DNA of 32,384 nt from Klebsormidium nitens (taxonomy: Eukaryota; Plantae; Klebsormidiophyceae). Position 1 is the first letter of the stretch. Each line of letters starts with the position of its first letter. The position numbers and the translations under genes are program-made. The notes under the pieces are model-generated. The model was given only the letters and a program-made list of their open reading frames with translations, made no database searches and was not told the origin of the DNA. This document shows, piece after piece, positions 31,936 through 32,384 of the stretch. The stretch is from NCBI GenBank assembly GCA_000708835.1, contig DF237744.1:1-32384 (forward strand), given 5' to 3'.

Positions 31936-32256
31936 ATGGCGCCCTCGAGATTGCAGAGCACGTCAGCTTGCAAGTATGCCGTCACAATTATCAACGCTCT
32001 GTTTGGCGTGTGCCTCTTCCTCAGCTCCATGCGCAGCTGCGCAGGCGAATCAGCGTTAGCGGTGGATGTGCAATGCGATGCAAGCCAGTGTGCCGCAGGT
32101 GTTTGCGATTTTGAGGGTGCTTGCTGCGATTTTGGTGTAAATCCGACTCTGTGCGGGGGCGAGTGCTGCTATCTTGGCGATCCAGCCTATCGGTCTCGCA
32201 AGCAATGCTTTGGGGATGCTGCGGCAGGAGTGTGCTGCGATGTAGATCCATTGTAA
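31936..32256 (+). CDS. Secreted cysteine-rich protein (first exon or complete 106-aa peptide)
   Basis: ATG at 31936 and a hydrophobic leader (AVTIINALFGVCLFLSSMRSCAG), followed by 11 Cys in C-x-C-x-CC repeats. A possible donor GTAACG lies at 32253. Confidence 0.65.
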   Translation: MAPSRLQSTSACKYAVTIINALFGVCLFLSSMRSCAGESALAVDVQCDASQCAAGVCDFEGACCDFGVNPTLCGGECCYLGDPAYRSRKQCFGDAAAGVCCDVDPL

Positions 32257-32384
32257 CGATTACGGCTGGTTAAGCCTAACCTCGTTCTCGACAGGATTTC
32301 GTTGACCGCGAGTTAGCGAAACGGCGGTGGTTACGTCTTAACGACGCACTGCGTGGCTGTCTGCAAGACGCCTTAATATCCCGG

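Overview
Intron-rich eukaryotic nuclear DNA of moderate GC content. The splice signals and gene content suggest a streptophyte green alga such as Klebsormidium, which is an inference. I could hand-assemble four protein-coding loci: (1) an orphan ~690-aa multi-exon gene (+, ~168-5407); (2) a complete 13-exon peroxisomal acyl-activating enzyme of the plant AAE17/AAE18 family (-, 17751-7514, 725 aa, PTS1 -AKL, two GC-AG introns); (3) a divergently transcribed secreted Ser/Gly- and Tyr-rich glycoprotein with a probable GPI/TM tail (+, 18699-25120); and (4) the start of a secreted Cys-rich protein (+, from 31936). There are also several short TA-flanked TIR elements (MITE-like) and a possible decayed gene. 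The most striking unexplained structure is a recurrent class of tandem duplications straddling splice junctions. At seven junctions in two genes, a mostly 140-185 bp unit made of part intron and part exon has been copied 1-9 times into the adjacent intron. This leaves arrays of decoy acceptors or donors, with nucleosome-sized periods of 142-148 bp in the best-preserved array. No rRNA, tRNA or CRISPR features were seen. All coordinates were read by eye and should be confirmed computationally.
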